A stretch of DNA of 64,000 bases from Diplonema japonicum (taxonomy: Eukaryota > Protista > Euglenozoa: Diplonemea), in the NCBI GenBank assembly GCA_964019335.1, contig OZ025698.1, positions 310,001-374,000 on the forward strand. The letters run 5' to 3'. This document shows, piece by piece, positions 9,834 through 20,171 of the stretch (position 1 is the first letter of the stretch; each line of letters starts with the position of its first letter). The notes below the pieces were generated by a model. That model ran no database searches and was not told the origin of the DNA. It worked only from the letters and a program-made list of their open reading frames with translations. A program made the position numbers and the translations under genes.

Positions 9834-11636
9834 ATGCTTTCAGAATCGCAACTCCCCGACCTGACAGAGGGTGAAAAAGGTGTTTCAGTGAAAAAGCTTG
9901 TTCTGGCCAAGATAGCATGCCTTCGAAAAAGTGTGAGATCGGGAAGCGACGCGTATTTCAGGTTCAAAGAGACAACGGAAAATCAGGCAGAGGAGAAACG
10001 AAACAAACAACGAGAAATGCTAAAATCTGTCAAAACCAATTTTATAAAATACAACAAGACAGCAGGAGTGATGAAACGCAAAAAGGGGCGGCGGGAAGGC
10101 GGCAGGAAGAACCGGAAAATGGCTCTGCAAACCCTTGAAGATGACGGGTGTCACAAGGACAACCTGACACCATTATTCTGGTTCAAAACATGGTTCATAA
10201 CGATGTCGATCTTCAGCAGGCTCAGAAGGTTTCAAGAAGGCCTGCGCGGGAAGTACGAGAAGAATGTAATGTCGACCACTCTGCAGCGAATGGACTCCGC
10301 GATCAAATTTAAAACAGCAGGGGCACTCTCAGCGAATAAGGTCATGGAAACGTTTCTCAAGAAGTGCGCCAGAAACTTAAGAGAGAGGAAAAAACATGAG
10401 TACCAGCCTATCCTCCGGGAGGTTCTGAAGAAATTCTCTCGAGGCAGCCAGCTGCGCAGCGCATGCAACACAATGCTCTCTTCCGTCATAAAATGTCAAC
10501 GCGCGTTTAGAACGCACCGCATGCACTCTATGGCCATCTTACACCTCCTTCATGTCATGTGGCTGAAACTGGAAGCTTCGATTCTTGATGTCCCGTGGGC
10601 TGACATTGTTTGTTCTCTGTTCGACCCTTCGAACTTATCCTTGCATCCGTTCCCTGAACTCGCGTCGCCGTTGGTCTATCCCCCGTTTCCGAAGGATCCG
10701 GTCCCGATGGTCTCACCGTTGGGGTTTGTCCCGTTTGAGGTCCGACACAGCGTGCTGTGGAGGTTGTTGCTGCTTCACAGAAAGCAGAGTCTGCAAAGCT
10801 CTGTTCGGTACTCGTCGGAGATTAAATTTTACACGATCGAGATGAAACGGTACCAAGCTTTGAAGGATAGGGTACAAGGGATGGCACCCCCTGAGCGACC
10901 CGCACCCCCAAGAATGAACAGCGTTCTAAACAGGAACAAACTCGCGGTTTTGGTCAACGGCGCGGCGTCGAAAAAACGCTTCCTCTCCATGCAGCTGATG
11001 ATGGGCAGCCAGACAACGATCACTGTGGAAGAAAACAACGTTGTAAATTCCCCCACGAGCGACCCCTTCGAAGTCCTGCATAAAACACACAATCCTCCCC
11101 CAATGCCTGCATTACACCCCAGTATCCGAAGGAGCATCAAGGTTGTCTCGCTTAAATCGGACTCCAAAATCGAAAATAGCATAGAACCCCTTCTCCGGGA
11201 ACAGCGGCGGAAGGTGCAATGCAATATTGATGCGCTCGATCTTCCCCCGTTGCAGAAAGCGAACCCTTTTCAACGAACCTATAGAAAAGCCCTCACCCAA
11301 GGAGCCCCTATGATCGCTTCCTCTACAATGAAGTTCGCTTCGATCCTCCCTGTCAAGACGGGCCCTGCAGATGACGAGTCTGTAATGAAAACATTCCCTG
11401 TTTACTATTTACCTGAGGAGCGTGAGATATCTGGTATACAGTGCAAACGGAAAGCCGGGCGGGTCGGGAAAATTCTACACCACCCGCACCCTCCGTTCAA
11501 ACACCTGTCGATTCCAGATTCTATTCCAATGGACGAACACCAAGACGGTGTCAAGCAGCAGCGTTTAACCCGCCCCGAGCTGCAAGGAATCCTGAAGGAC
11601 GCAGTGTTGATGTCTAAGAAGAACCCAGTGGTGTGA
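9834..11636 (+). CDS. hypothetical protein (basic, helical, IQ-like motif)
   Basis: 600-aa ORF co-oriented with neighbours, with an IQ-like segment VIKCQRAFRTHR. No family recognised. Confidence 0.65.
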   Translation: MLSESQLPDLTEGEKGVSVKKLVLAKIACLRKSVRSGSDAYFRFKETTENQAEEKRNKQREMLKSVKTNFIKYNKTAGVMKRKKGRREGGRKNRKMALQTLEDDGCHKDNLTPLFWFKTWFITMSIFSRLRRFQEGLRGKYEKNVMSTTLQRMDSAIKFKTAGALSANKVMETFLKKCARNLRERKKHEYQPILREVLKKFSRGSQLRSACNTMLSSVIKCQRAFRTHRMHSMAILHLLHVMWLKLEASILDVPWADIVCSLFDPSNLSLHPFPELASPLVYPPFPKDPVPMVSPLGFVPFEVRHSVLWRLLLLHRKQSLQSSVRYSSEIKFYTIEMKRYQALKDRVQGMAPPERPAPPRMNSVLNRNKLAVLVNGAASKKRFLSMQLMMGSQTTITVEENNVVNSPTSDPFEVLHKTHNPPPMPALHPSIRRSIKVVSLKSDSKIENSIEPLLREQRRKVQCNIDALDLPPLQKANPFQRTYRKALTQGAPMIASSTMKFASILPVKTGPADDESVMKTFPVYYLPEEREISGIQCKRKAGRVGKILHHPHPPFKHLSIPDSIPMDEHQDGVKQQRLTRPELQGILKDAVLMSKKNPVV

Positions 11637-11680
11637 AAGACTACTACTTGTTCCCACTCCTCTCAGGTGTACAATAAAAG

Positions 11681-12040
11681 ATGGCTGGATACCTATGCGA
11701 AAGAGTGTGGTTTGGGGACATCGCATCTGTAGAAAAACACCTCAAAGAAAACCCGGGAACAGCCTGTGAAGCGGACAAAACAGGTACGTGCCCCATGCAC
11801 TACGCTGCGGCTAGGGGGTGGTGTGACATGCTTCCCGTTCTCTTGCGCCACGGTGGGGATGCAAACAAAGGCGGGCCTCATCGATGGATGCCTCTTCATT
11901 ATGCGGCACGCGGCGGGCACAGTGAAATGGTCTCTGCCCTGCTGGCTCTTCCTGGTATTGTTTCGAATCCTCCCGATGCTTTGGGCAACACGCCCTCGTC
12001 CCTTGCTTCATGCGATGCTGTTGCAGAATTGTTCTCGTGA
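11681..12040 (+). CDS. small ankyrin-repeat protein
   Basis: GTCPMHYAAARG, WMPLHYAARGGH, GNTPSSLA. Confidence 0.8.
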   Translation: MAGYLCERVWFGDIASVEKHLKENPGTACEADKTGTCPMHYAAARGWCDMLPVLLRHGGDANKGGPHRWMPLHYAARGGHSEMVSALLALPGIVSNPPDALGNTPSSLASCDAVAELFS

Positions 12041-12128
12041 AATGGGTTTACACCCCTTTCGTTCTCCCTTTTTTTTTTCTTTTTTTTCCTTCATTCGCCG
12101 CTTCTTTCTACAAATTAAGGTGGTGGGA

Positions 12129-13157
12129 ATGAACAAATGTGAGTCAAAAGACATTGTCCAGAACGGGGTTTTAACCCGCGATGTGGGGAAGTACACCCTC
12201 TTAACGGAGCTTGGAAAGGGTGGGTTCTCCGTGGTCAGGCTGGCTACGGTGAAAGAAACAGGCGAAAGATTCGCATGCAAAGTGGTGGATCAAGAAAAGA
12301 TGAAGCGAGAAGAAGCCGCTGCCGGCAGAGAACAAGGCGCGTGGAAGGAAAGCCTCTGCCTAGAAATCGCAGTGATGAAAATGATCAAGCACAGAAACGT
12401 AATAACAATGGTGGACGTAAACATAACAGATAGATTCATTTACATCTTCTTGGAACTGGTTGAAAGCGGGACGTTATTCGACAGAATAAAAAGCAAAGGG
12501 GTTATCAAAGAAGACGTCGCAGCTAACCTTCTCGTGCAAATTCTGCTGGGACTGAGGTGCTTGCACAGTTTCGGGATCGCCCACCGCGATCTGAAACCCG
12601 ACAACATTCTTCTCGACAAAAACTCCGTCATAAAAATCACCGATTTCGGCCTGTGCCGACTTCACTTGAATTCGAAAGGAGTAGCAGACCCAGAAGAAAT
12701 GGACGTGATGGCAGTTGGAACCAAACAGTACATCGCTCCAGAATGTCTTCAGAATGGACTGGCTCATGACGCGTTCAAGTCAGACATGTGGTCCTTAGGA
12801 GTGGTTGTGTATGTCATGTTGACAGGTAGATTTCCGTTTTTTGACCCGGATGAGAAAAAACTGACCGAGAAGATATTGAAGGGGGTCGTTGCTAGCATGC
12901 CGATGTCGGCGGAGGCCTCGCAGGTGATCGCAGCGCTTCTCCAGACCAACCCGAGCTCCCGAGCAACAATTTCCCAAACCTGGCGACACCCGTGGCTTTC
13001 AAGCAGCATCCGTGACCTTGCGGTCTCGATGTCCCCTATACAGCAACAAATCCCTCAACAGCAAGCCGTGTCTCGTCCACCGAGACCCCCGGCGCGTTAT
13101 TACAACAACCCTGCCACAGCACCTCCCGTGGCTTACAATCCTCTCGACACATTTTAG
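12129..13157 (+). CDS. Ser/Thr protein kinase, CAMK group (SNF1/CIPK-like)
   Basis: GKGGFS, ACK, HRDLKPDN, DFG, APE, DMWSLG. ATG at 12129 follows a pyrimidine tract. Confidence 0.9.
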   Translation: MNKCESKDIVQNGVLTRDVGKYTLLTELGKGGFSVVRLATVKETGERFACKVVDQEKMKREEAAAGREQGAWKESLCLEIAVMKMIKHRNVITMVDVNITDRFIYIFLELVESGTLFDRIKSKGVIKEDVAANLLVQILLGLRCLHSFGIAHRDLKPDNILLDKNSVIKITDFGLCRLHLNSKGVADPEEMDVMAVGTKQYIAPECLQNGLAHDAFKSDMWSLGVVVYVMLTGRFPFFDPDEKKLTEKILKGVVASMPMSAEASQVIAALLQTNPSSRATISQTWRHPWLSSSIRDLAVSMSPIQQQIPQQQAVSRPPRPPARYYNNPATAPPVAYNPLDTF

Positions 13158-13252
13158 ATTTTTTTTTTGTTTTTTTTTTTGTTGAGATCTTCTGGTTCTT
13201 GGGGTTCAGGGAACTCCGCTTCCGTCAGCTTGACTCTGTGCTGCTTCCTTTT

Positions 13253-13296
13253 TCTAGTTGATTCCGTTAACGAACGAGATCTCGACCCTTAAATAG
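13253..13296 (+). rRNA. short stray SSU (18S) rRNA fragment, not a functional gene
   Basis: TCTAGTTGATTCCGTTAACGAACGAGATCTCGACCCTTAAATAG matches the conserved eukaryotic SSU segment GTCTGGTT(A/G)ATTCCG(T/A)TAACGAACGAGAC...TAAATAG preceding V7. It may extend to ~13350. Confidence 0.7.
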
Positions 13297-13349
13297 GTGT
13301 ACTGTCGTTTAGGGCACCGTTGTATTAACCTTCGTGGGGACATACATCT

Positions 13350-13383
<34 letters not shown>

Positions 13384-13408
13384 AGGAAAAAAAAAAAAGA
13401 AAAAAAAA

Positions 13409-14143
13409 ATGCCGCCTCCAAGAGTCAAGGCCCTCGTCTTCGACGTGTCGGGTGTGCTGCGGGATTCAAAGAAGCTCATGAAGGTTTCGTACGAAAGGGC
13501 ATTTAAGTCCTGCGGGGTAGAGGTGGATGTGAATATCGATATGATCTACAAGCTAAGAGGACTGCAGTCCTTCAACGACCTACGGAACAGCATCAGGCTG
13601 TTGGTGGGGACAAAGGGCGACGTGGGGGAGTCTGTGGTGGCCATGAAACACGCGAACGCTATTCTCGTTGACGAAATGAACGGGAGAAGAGTAGAGGACG
13701 ATGTCGTGGAGAAGGTGCGGACGGCGTTCCGCGAAGAATTCAGCAGCGAGGCAAACAGGGAGTTGATCACACTGCTGCCTGGTGTTGAAACAGGCTTGGA
13801 GAAGCTACGCGAGAGATACACGTTGGGCGTCCTAAGCAACTCTACACTCCGAAGTTTGGAACGCGATCTCGGGCACATTGCACACCACTTCACCTTCATG
13901 GTCCCTGACGCTTGCAAACCAGAAACCTCTATCTATCTTTCCACTCTGAAGACACACGGTCTCTCTCCTGGGGAGACAGCATACATCGGCGATGCCGTCT
14001 CGGACGTACAGCTTGCTTCATCTGCAGGATCTCTGCCACTAGCCATGCTCACGGGAATGGGTACCCGTGCTCACTTGGAGGCAGCTGGGCCTCACGTAGT
14101 CTGTGAGTCCTTCGACCACCTTGTCTCGCACCTCATCGACTGA
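13409..14143 (+). CDS. HAD-superfamily hydrolase (phosphoglycolate phosphatase-like)
   Basis: Motif I VFDVSGVLRDS, motif II LSNS, motif III KP, motif IV YIGDAVSDV. Confidence 0.85.
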   Translation: MPPPRVKALVFDVSGVLRDSKKLMKVSYERAFKSCGVEVDVNIDMIYKLRGLQSFNDLRNSIRLLVGTKGDVGESVVAMKHANAILVDEMNGRRVEDDVVEKVRTAFREEFSSEANRELITLLPGVETGLEKLRERYTLGVLSNSTLRSLERDLGHIAHHFTFMVPDACKPETSIYLSTLKTHGLSPGETAYIGDAVSDVQLASSAGSLPLAMLTGMGTRAHLEAAGPHVVCESFDHLVSHLID

Positions 14144-14368
14144 GTTATTTCTATTTTTTTGTTTTTGTTTTTGTTTGTTTTTTTTTTTTTGCAGCAAAAA
14201 GAAAAAAAAAAAAAAAAAAAAACGTATGACAACATGTTTTACGTCCCTTCTTTTCCCCCCTTTCATATTCCGTGAAGTTTTTTTTTTTTTTTTCTTTTTT
14301 TCTCTTCATTTTTTTTTTTTTTTTTTGACGTCACGCTATCACACAGATACACCGGTGAGGGTGGCCGG

Positions 14369-15658
14369 ATGAAAGCCGCCGGAAGGGGTGCGTCCTGGGC
14401 AGTCCTCGTTGTAGGCGGGACACCAGGCGAGTCGCATGGAATAGAAAAGCGCCCGTGGCCCGATCCAGGCCAGCAAGTCAGCTTCTTGCAGACACTTGGC
14501 GATGTTTACAGCACGATGATTAGAACCTTGGGGAAGGACAAGGTCATAGTAGTGGCAGGGCTGGGTGCCGTGCTGGAGTGGTTGGAAAAAGCAGCGGAGT
14601 TGGGACACCCTCCGTGCGAGGAACAACACCTGGAACAGTGTTTAAAACACACCAGGGTGGAGGACGAAAAAAAACGGGAAGAACAAAAAAAAATATACAA
14701 AGAACGCGCAAGAACGATCCGCCTGTCATGCAGCGAACTCCTTGCCGCAGGAGGCCCGGACTACGACTACGAACGGATAACCCCCGACGCCATAGTACAC
14801 ATCCTCAGCGGAGACCCTCTATGCGAAGGCGACAGAGTAGTACCCAAAGACGGGGTCTCCTCACTATTCGTATGGTTCACAACACATGGCGGGCATCATT
14901 CTGTCGCCATAGGCGATACTATATGGACAGAAGGTGACCCTGCTCAACCTATGACATCAGACGGAAGGAGGCCTTTAGGCGTTGACACAAAAGATAGAAA
15001 ATGCGATGTGTGTCGGGAAATACACGAACCTGAGAAGGAGTACGACCACGAGCATTCGTCCCTTCGCACCAGGGAGTGGTTCATGTTGATGCCCTACCGA
15101 TCAGCCAACACCAGTAAATACGGTGCGGTGACCCATGCTGGTAGAGATATGGACCTGCCCGACTCAATTCCCACCTCATCCATGGGAATGGTGTCACCGT
15201 TGACATGTCTTTACTGGCAGCAGGTTGTCTCTGCGATTGCACCCGCGTGCATGAAAGGATGCAAAGTTGTTATGTTGTACCAGTTCTGCACCTCGGGAGG
15301 GCATTGTAAATGGCTTGAAGACGAGAAATATGAAACGCACTACGATGTGCAAAAATGGCCGATTTTTCAAATGGCCACGTCGAGGGAGCAGCAATACAGC
15401 CTCGGTGGCACCTTCACCAACATCTTCATGGACTGTCTCGGCGAGGGCTTACGGAGAAGCGAGACGCTTAGTGAAACGTACGTCCGCGCGGAGAAGGCCT
15501 ACTGGGAACAACATCGCATTGAAGCCGATATGAACAAACAGGCAAAATCACCAGCGCTACGCTTTGGCGAGCTCGTCAATGCGCAGGGTACTAAATCCAA
15601 TGTGGGCAGCACACCCCTTGCAGAGGTGTTTGTCAACGACGGTGTTTCAAAAATATAA
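14369..15658 (+). CDS. divergent clan CD cysteine peptidase, legumain/GPI8 (C13)-like
   Basis: Motifs in legumain order: WAVLVVG, DY...ITPDAIVHILSG, LFVWFTTHGG (catalytic His), VVMLYQFCTSGG (catalytic Cys), IFQMATSREQQYS. Confidence 0.6.
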   Translation: MKAAGRGASWAVLVVGGTPGESHGIEKRPWPDPGQQVSFLQTLGDVYSTMIRTLGKDKVIVVAGLGAVLEWLEKAAELGHPPCEEQHLEQCLKHTRVEDEKKREEQKKIYKERARTIRLSCSELLAAGGPDYDYERITPDAIVHILSGDPLCEGDRVVPKDGVSSLFVWFTTHGGHHSVAIGDTIWTEGDPAQPMTSDGRRPLGVDTKDRKCDVCREIHEPEKEYDHEHSSLRTREWFMLMPYRSANTSKYGAVTHAGRDMDLPDSIPTSSMGMVSPLTCLYWQQVVSAIAPACMKGCKVVMLYQFCTSGGHCKWLEDEKYETHYDVQKWPIFQMATSREQQYSLGGTFTNIFMDCLGEGLRRSETLSETYVRAEKAYWEQHRIEADMNKQAKSPALRFGELVNAQGTKSNVGSTPLAEVFVNDGVSKI

Positions 15659-16250
15659 TAGGAATTCTTTTTTTTTTTTTTTTTTTTCTGGTTCCATCAC
15701 ATATGTTTCATTATTTTTTTTTGGGGGGGTACAGGGGTTTTCAGTAAATCTACCTCAGTTTATTTATTTTTTTTTTTGGAAGAAAAAAAAAAAAGAAGAA
15801 GAAATGGGGAGGGAGGGGGAAAAAAAAAAATCAGTCAGTGGAATTTAAATGGGGGGGGGGAAAGGTACAGTGGGAAGGGGAGGGGGTTGGCAACATTTTT
15901 TCCTAACCGTTTCATTTTTTTTTGTACTCCCCTTTTCCTTCTTTATCCACAAGTCCTTTTGACCGTTCCGTCTGCAAACTAAAAAATCCCATTGTATTCT
16001 GGCAGATTTTGCCAAACTCACTGGCGCAATATCAACCATGAATGCTTGGTTGGGATTTTTTTTTCTTCAAATATTTTTCTCTCCCCCCCCTTTTTTTTTC
16101 TTTTCCCCTATCCTTAAAAAAGATTCTAAGAAAAGGGATGGGTTTTATTATTCGCTTTTACTGCTGGTGTATAGTTGTACCTTGGGAGAGCAAGTTTATT
16201 TTTTTTCGCAAACCCCAAAGTTCGTACAAAAAAAAAAAGAAAAGAAAATA

Positions 16251-16360
16251 GCGGATAACTGGGCCAGTCATGGTCATATTATCTCATTCATTTTTTTTTT
16301 CTTTCATCCATCTTTTTATTTTCTTCTTTTTTTTCTCCACACCGTCATAACCATCCCAAC
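16251..16360 (+). repeat. direct repeat copy 1 (partner 18627-18760)
   Basis: Shared blocks GCGGATAACTGGGCCAG and TTATTTTCTTCTTTTTTTTCTCCACACCGTCATAACCATCCC. Confidence 0.85.
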
Positions 16361-16415
16361 CAGGTTTACCCACTACACACCCGCTGCCACCCCCCAAATA
16401 ACACTGAAAAGAAGG

Positions 16416-17951
16416 ATGCAGACCACGATGCTTGTTGCGCTGGCCCTGGGCCTGGCGGGGGATGCTGCTGCTGCGGCGAGATGCACGGACCTGCAGCTCT
16501 CCGGTGGAGGGGCCTGGGTGGACAAACCGTACGGGACAGGGTGTGCTTGGTACGGTGCTGAGGAAAAGCGCTGCGAGTGGTACGGCACCCGCTACCGGAA
16601 CGAGCACGTGGCAGGCGAGGCGTGCTGCGTGTGCGGCGGCGGGATGAGGATGGAGGTGCCGACCCCACAACCGCCTTCCACCCCTGTGCCGACGGCAGCA
16701 ACGACAGCGATGTCAGCAAAGGTGTTGGCGAAGTCGAACCTGGTAGCCTTCTGGGACTTCGAGACGAAGGGGCCGACGGGGAACTTTGTTGCGCAGTCAA
16801 ACGTTGACAACGAAGGGGCGGAGGGACCTGACGGCCTGTACCCCGTGTGGCTGCGCAGGGGGCACTGGGGAAGCGAGGTGGGCGCACCCGGCTACACGGT
16901 GGCAACGTGGCCGTCGTCGCACCCTGTGACGGCAACGAGGGCGGGCGGACCGTTCAACGGGAAGGGCCTGAACGTGAAGGGGACGTCGCTGTTCGCGTCG
17001 GTGGAAAGGAGCAGCTTCGACAGGACACCGCTGGACATCAGCGGGGCGGACCCGTTCTCGCTGCTGGCGTGGGTGTGGCTCGGAGTGAAGAGCAACCGTC
17101 ACCACATTGCGGGGATCTGGGACGAGGGGACATGGGGCAAGTACAGTGGGCAGAGGCAGTACTCGCTGTTCCGGACCGGACGCTACGGGCACAGGCTGTT
17201 TGGGCACATCAGCGCGACAGGGGCGGCGAGCTACCCGCAGGCGGGCACCGGCGGCGACCAGTACGCGAGGATCCGGGCCTTGAACGGGGCGCGCTTGTCT
17301 GAGGGAGAGTGGCACCTGCTGGCGATGACCCATGACGGGACGCAGGCGCAGAGCTCGCAGGACGGTGTGTCGACCCCGAACTCGTACGAGGAGGGGGAGG
17401 AGTGGGTGGAGGAGCGTGTCTACAAGGATGCCTTCAACCCCGTGACGAACCCGAAGGAGTTCTCGTGGGGGGTGTTCCACCCCCTGCGCTTCGTCGTGAA
17501 GTTCAACGGCTACAACGTCGCGGCGGACCAGGTGAACGAGCACTACGTGCGTGTGGACCTGAAGTCCCCTGCCGCACAGCGCACCATCACCTACGGGGTG
17601 AAGGCCCCCAGCCTGAGCGCCATCGCCTCCCGCAACTACCGAGTGACCTACACCTTCAAGCGTGGGGGTGCGGTGGTCCCGCAGGGCAGCGGTTCCTTCG
17701 TCGTCGCGAACAACGCCGGCTCCGCCCACCTGAGCCCCTCGCTCGTTGTAGAGGTGGATGACCGTCTGGAGCTGGAGCTGACGCGGGACGGGGCTCGCGT
17801 GGGGGAGGTCGTGGAGCACAGAATGGGGCCTGGTGCCGCCTTCTCCTTTGGGCGCATCCTGGGTGAAGGCACCACAATGGTTCTGGGCGGTGTTGCCATG
17901 TACAACAGGGTGCTGACGGAGGCAGAGCTTCAGGACCTGGCCTCCTTCTAG
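16416..17951 (+). CDS. secreted protein: Cys-rich CCxCGGG module, P/T linker, LamG/concanavalin-A-like domain
   Basis: Signal peptide MQTTMLVALALGLAG, module WVD...C.WY...C...ACCVCGGG, and LamG-like motifs LVAFWDF, FSLLAWV, GEWHLLAMTHDG, GGVAMYNRVLTEAEL. Visibly more GC-rich than neighbours. Confidence 0.75.
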   Translation: MQTTMLVALALGLAGDAAAAARCTDLQLSGGGAWVDKPYGTGCAWYGAEEKRCEWYGTRYRNEHVAGEACCVCGGGMRMEVPTPQPPSTPVPTAATTAMSAKVLAKSNLVAFWDFETKGPTGNFVAQSNVDNEGAEGPDGLYPVWLRRGHWGSEVGAPGYTVATWPSSHPVTATRAGGPFNGKGLNVKGTSLFASVERSSFDRTPLDISGADPFSLLAWVWLGVKSNRHHIAGIWDEGTWGKYSGQRQYSLFRTGRYGHRLFGHISATGAASYPQAGTGGDQYARIRALNGARLSEGEWHLLAMTHDGTQAQSSQDGVSTPNSYEEGEEWVEERVYKDAFNPVTNPKEFSWGVFHPLRFVVKFNGYNVAADQVNEHYVRVDLKSPAAQRTITYGVKAPSLSAIASRNYRVTYTFKRGGAVVPQGSGSFVVANNAGSAHLSPSLVVEVDDRLELELTRDGARVGEVVEHRMGPGAAFSFGRILGEGTTMVLGGVAMYNRVLTEAELQDLASF

Positions 17952-18205
17952 GAAAAGTGAGAGGAGAGTGACCAAGCAAGGAAGGTGTTATGTGTTTAAA
18001 ATGTTTAGTTCTAATAGCTTTTTTTCTTCTTCTTCTTTCTTCTCGTCTTCGCGGTCGATTTTCTTGATACGCACTTGACATCTCTTTTTCTTCTTGTTTT
18101 CTCTTGTTTGTTTTTTAATTTATATATCCCTTTTATTTCTCTTTCTTACAGCATGTTGTTTGTGGCGCCACGTGCTCAAACTTCGTGCAAAAAAAGAAAG
18201 CTTCT

Positions 18206-18247
<42 letters not shown>

Positions 18248-18626
18248 GAAAAACAATATATTAAATAATGAATGAATTGCTATTGCTAAAAAAAAAAGAA
18301 GAAGAAAAAAAAGAGTAGTGGTAGCATTGTTGGGCTTTATCCTTTTACAGGTTAACCCCTGGCTGTGCACAAAAAAGAAAAAAAAAAAACAACCAACCGA
18401 CTCTTTTCTTTTTCTTCTTCTTCTTCTTCTTCTTTCTTTTCTCTCTCTTTCTTTTTGAAAGCGTTTTGTTGATCCTTTTACCATCCGCGCAGATTTCTTC
18501 TAGAAGTCTGTTGTATGCAGCAACAACCCTGTTTATTATAAGGGGCTTGCTCCTCTCTTCTCTCCCTCTCTTTTGCATTTCTGGTGGGACGTGCACGTAC
18601 CAACAGACAGCCGCAAACCCACAATG

Positions 18627-18760
18627 GCGGATAACTGGGCCAGCCAAATGGACAAGTGTCTTCATTTGTTGTCTCTTTTTAATTCTTCTTCTTCTTCCAT
18701 CCCTCCATCTATTTATTTTCTTCTTCTTTTTTTTCTCCACACCGTCATAACCATCCCGAC
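18627..18760 (+). repeat. direct repeat copy 2 (partner 16251-16360)
   Basis: 18721-18757 is identical to 16321-16357, and the upstream GCGGATAACTGGGCCAG block is also shared. Confidence 0.85.
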
Positions 18761-18946
18761 GAAAATTCTTGGTTTTTCCCAGAACGAGCGGGTTTATTGT
18801 CCCGTGGTCTCTGTAGATTACGCACCAGACTCCGACACACTTATGCAAAACAAAACGCGGGCGTCTCGCCACCTCCCTGCAAAATGAAGTTTTTGACCTG
18901 TCGTCTACCAAATGACACAAACCAAGTAGCAGCAGTTACACGTAAT

Positions 18947-19010
18947 AATAAAAAATAAAATAAAATAAAATAAAATAAAATAAAATAAAATAAAATAAAA
19001 TAAAAAAATA
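18947..19010 (+). repeat. (AAAAT)n microsatellite
   Basis: Tandem TAAAA units directly upstream of the ATG at 19011. Confidence 0.9.
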
Positions 19011-20117
19011 ATGCCCAACGACCCGGATGTGGAGGCGTTAGTAAAGATTGTGAAAACGCAGGAGGAGACACAGCAAAGGATCCTGGAAACCCTCGAGAAG
19101 ATGGGGGAGAGGCTCCGCGTGGTAGAAGAGAGGTCGGCGGTCAATCACGAAGAGTCGGGCCTGATCCAGTTCATGATGCGCGGCGGCGTTCTAGTTGTCG
19201 ACGCAAGCGGCGCCGGCGGCTTCCGAAGCATCACCAGCGCCCTCGGCGTGGCAAAAACAGGCGATTTAATATTAGTAAGACCTGGGGTGTACTCGGAGAC
19301 AATCTCTTTAACGGTACCGGGTGTGACTATTCGTGGTGTGTCTAAAGAAGATGTTGTTATCGAACATTGTGATGACACCTCAGGTCTGCTGTTCAAAAGT
19401 GAGTGCACAGTGGAGTGCCTCAGTGTGAACAGCAAGATACCGCACAACTGTGCTGTCCGATTTGAAGCGTCGGGTGTGCTGTCTAACTGTTACGTTACGT
19501 CTGTGAATGTGTCTTGTGTAATTGTTTCGGCTGGATCGCCAAGCATTCAGAATTGTGAGATTACCGGGTCGAAGCAACACGGGGTGAGCTGTAAGCCAGC
19601 TACTACACCGGTCATCACGCACTGCAAGATCCATCTGAACAAACAACCAAACATCGTTGTCGAAAAATCATCGTCTCCTACCATCCGGCAGTGTGAAATA
19701 TATGATTCTGAGCAAAATGGTGTGTGGTTCAGAGATGGTAGCCAGGGCGTGCTGTCGGGGTGTGCTGTTTATAACAACAAGTACAGCAACATCGATGTGT
19801 CATCCGGTGCGAGTCCTGTCATATCTGGCAACGATATTCATGGCAGTTCGAAATGTGGTGTTTGTTTTGCCGATGATTCATCGGGAGAGCTGACAGGCAA
19901 CACGATTCACGGGAACCACTACAGCAACGTTGGTGTTATGGCCGGTGCGACGCCGACGATTACCGGGAATAATATCCACACCAGCAAGCAGCATGGGGTG
20001 CTCGTTAAGTCGTACGCGGCCGGGACCGTCTCGGAGAATACCGTTCACAGCAACTCTTTGGAGGCCATCAAGGTCGAACAAGGCGCTGCAACGGTCGTCG
20101 AGAATAACAGTAGATAA
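19011..20117 (+). CDS. right-handed parallel beta-helix (PbH1) repeat protein
   Basis: FRSITSAL...GDLILVRPGVYSE cap followed by ~23-aa repeats (P.I..C.I......G/N.), similar to FBXO11/NosD-type repeats. Short N-terminal coiled coil. Confidence 0.85.
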   Translation: MPNDPDVEALVKIVKTQEETQQRILETLEKMGERLRVVEERSAVNHEESGLIQFMMRGGVLVVDASGAGGFRSITSALGVAKTGDLILVRPGVYSETISLTVPGVTIRGVSKEDVVIEHCDDTSGLLFKSECTVECLSVNSKIPHNCAVRFEASGVLSNCYVTSVNVSCVIVSAGSPSIQNCEITGSKQHGVSCKPATTPVITHCKIHLNKQPNIVVEKSSSPTIRQCEIYDSEQNGVWFRDGSQGVLSGCAVYNNKYSNIDVSSGASPVISGNDIHGSSKCGVCFADDSSGELTGNTIHGNHYSNVGVMAGATPTITGNNIHTSKQHGVLVKSYAAGTVSENTVHSNSLEAIKVEQGAATVVENNSR

Positions 20118-20127
20118 GGAAAGGGGC

Positions 20128-20171
<44 letters not shown>

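Noticed and set aside
15982-16081. Short inverted repeat AAAAATCCCA/TGGGATTTTT as a MITE
   Set aside because: Mostly homopolymer, no clear TSD and no second copy in the window.
16797-17975. Long antisense ORFs (e.g. 392 aa here, 404 aa at 48098-49312, 345 aa at 23091-24128)
   Set aside because: Shadows of GC-rich sense genes with no recognisable motifs.
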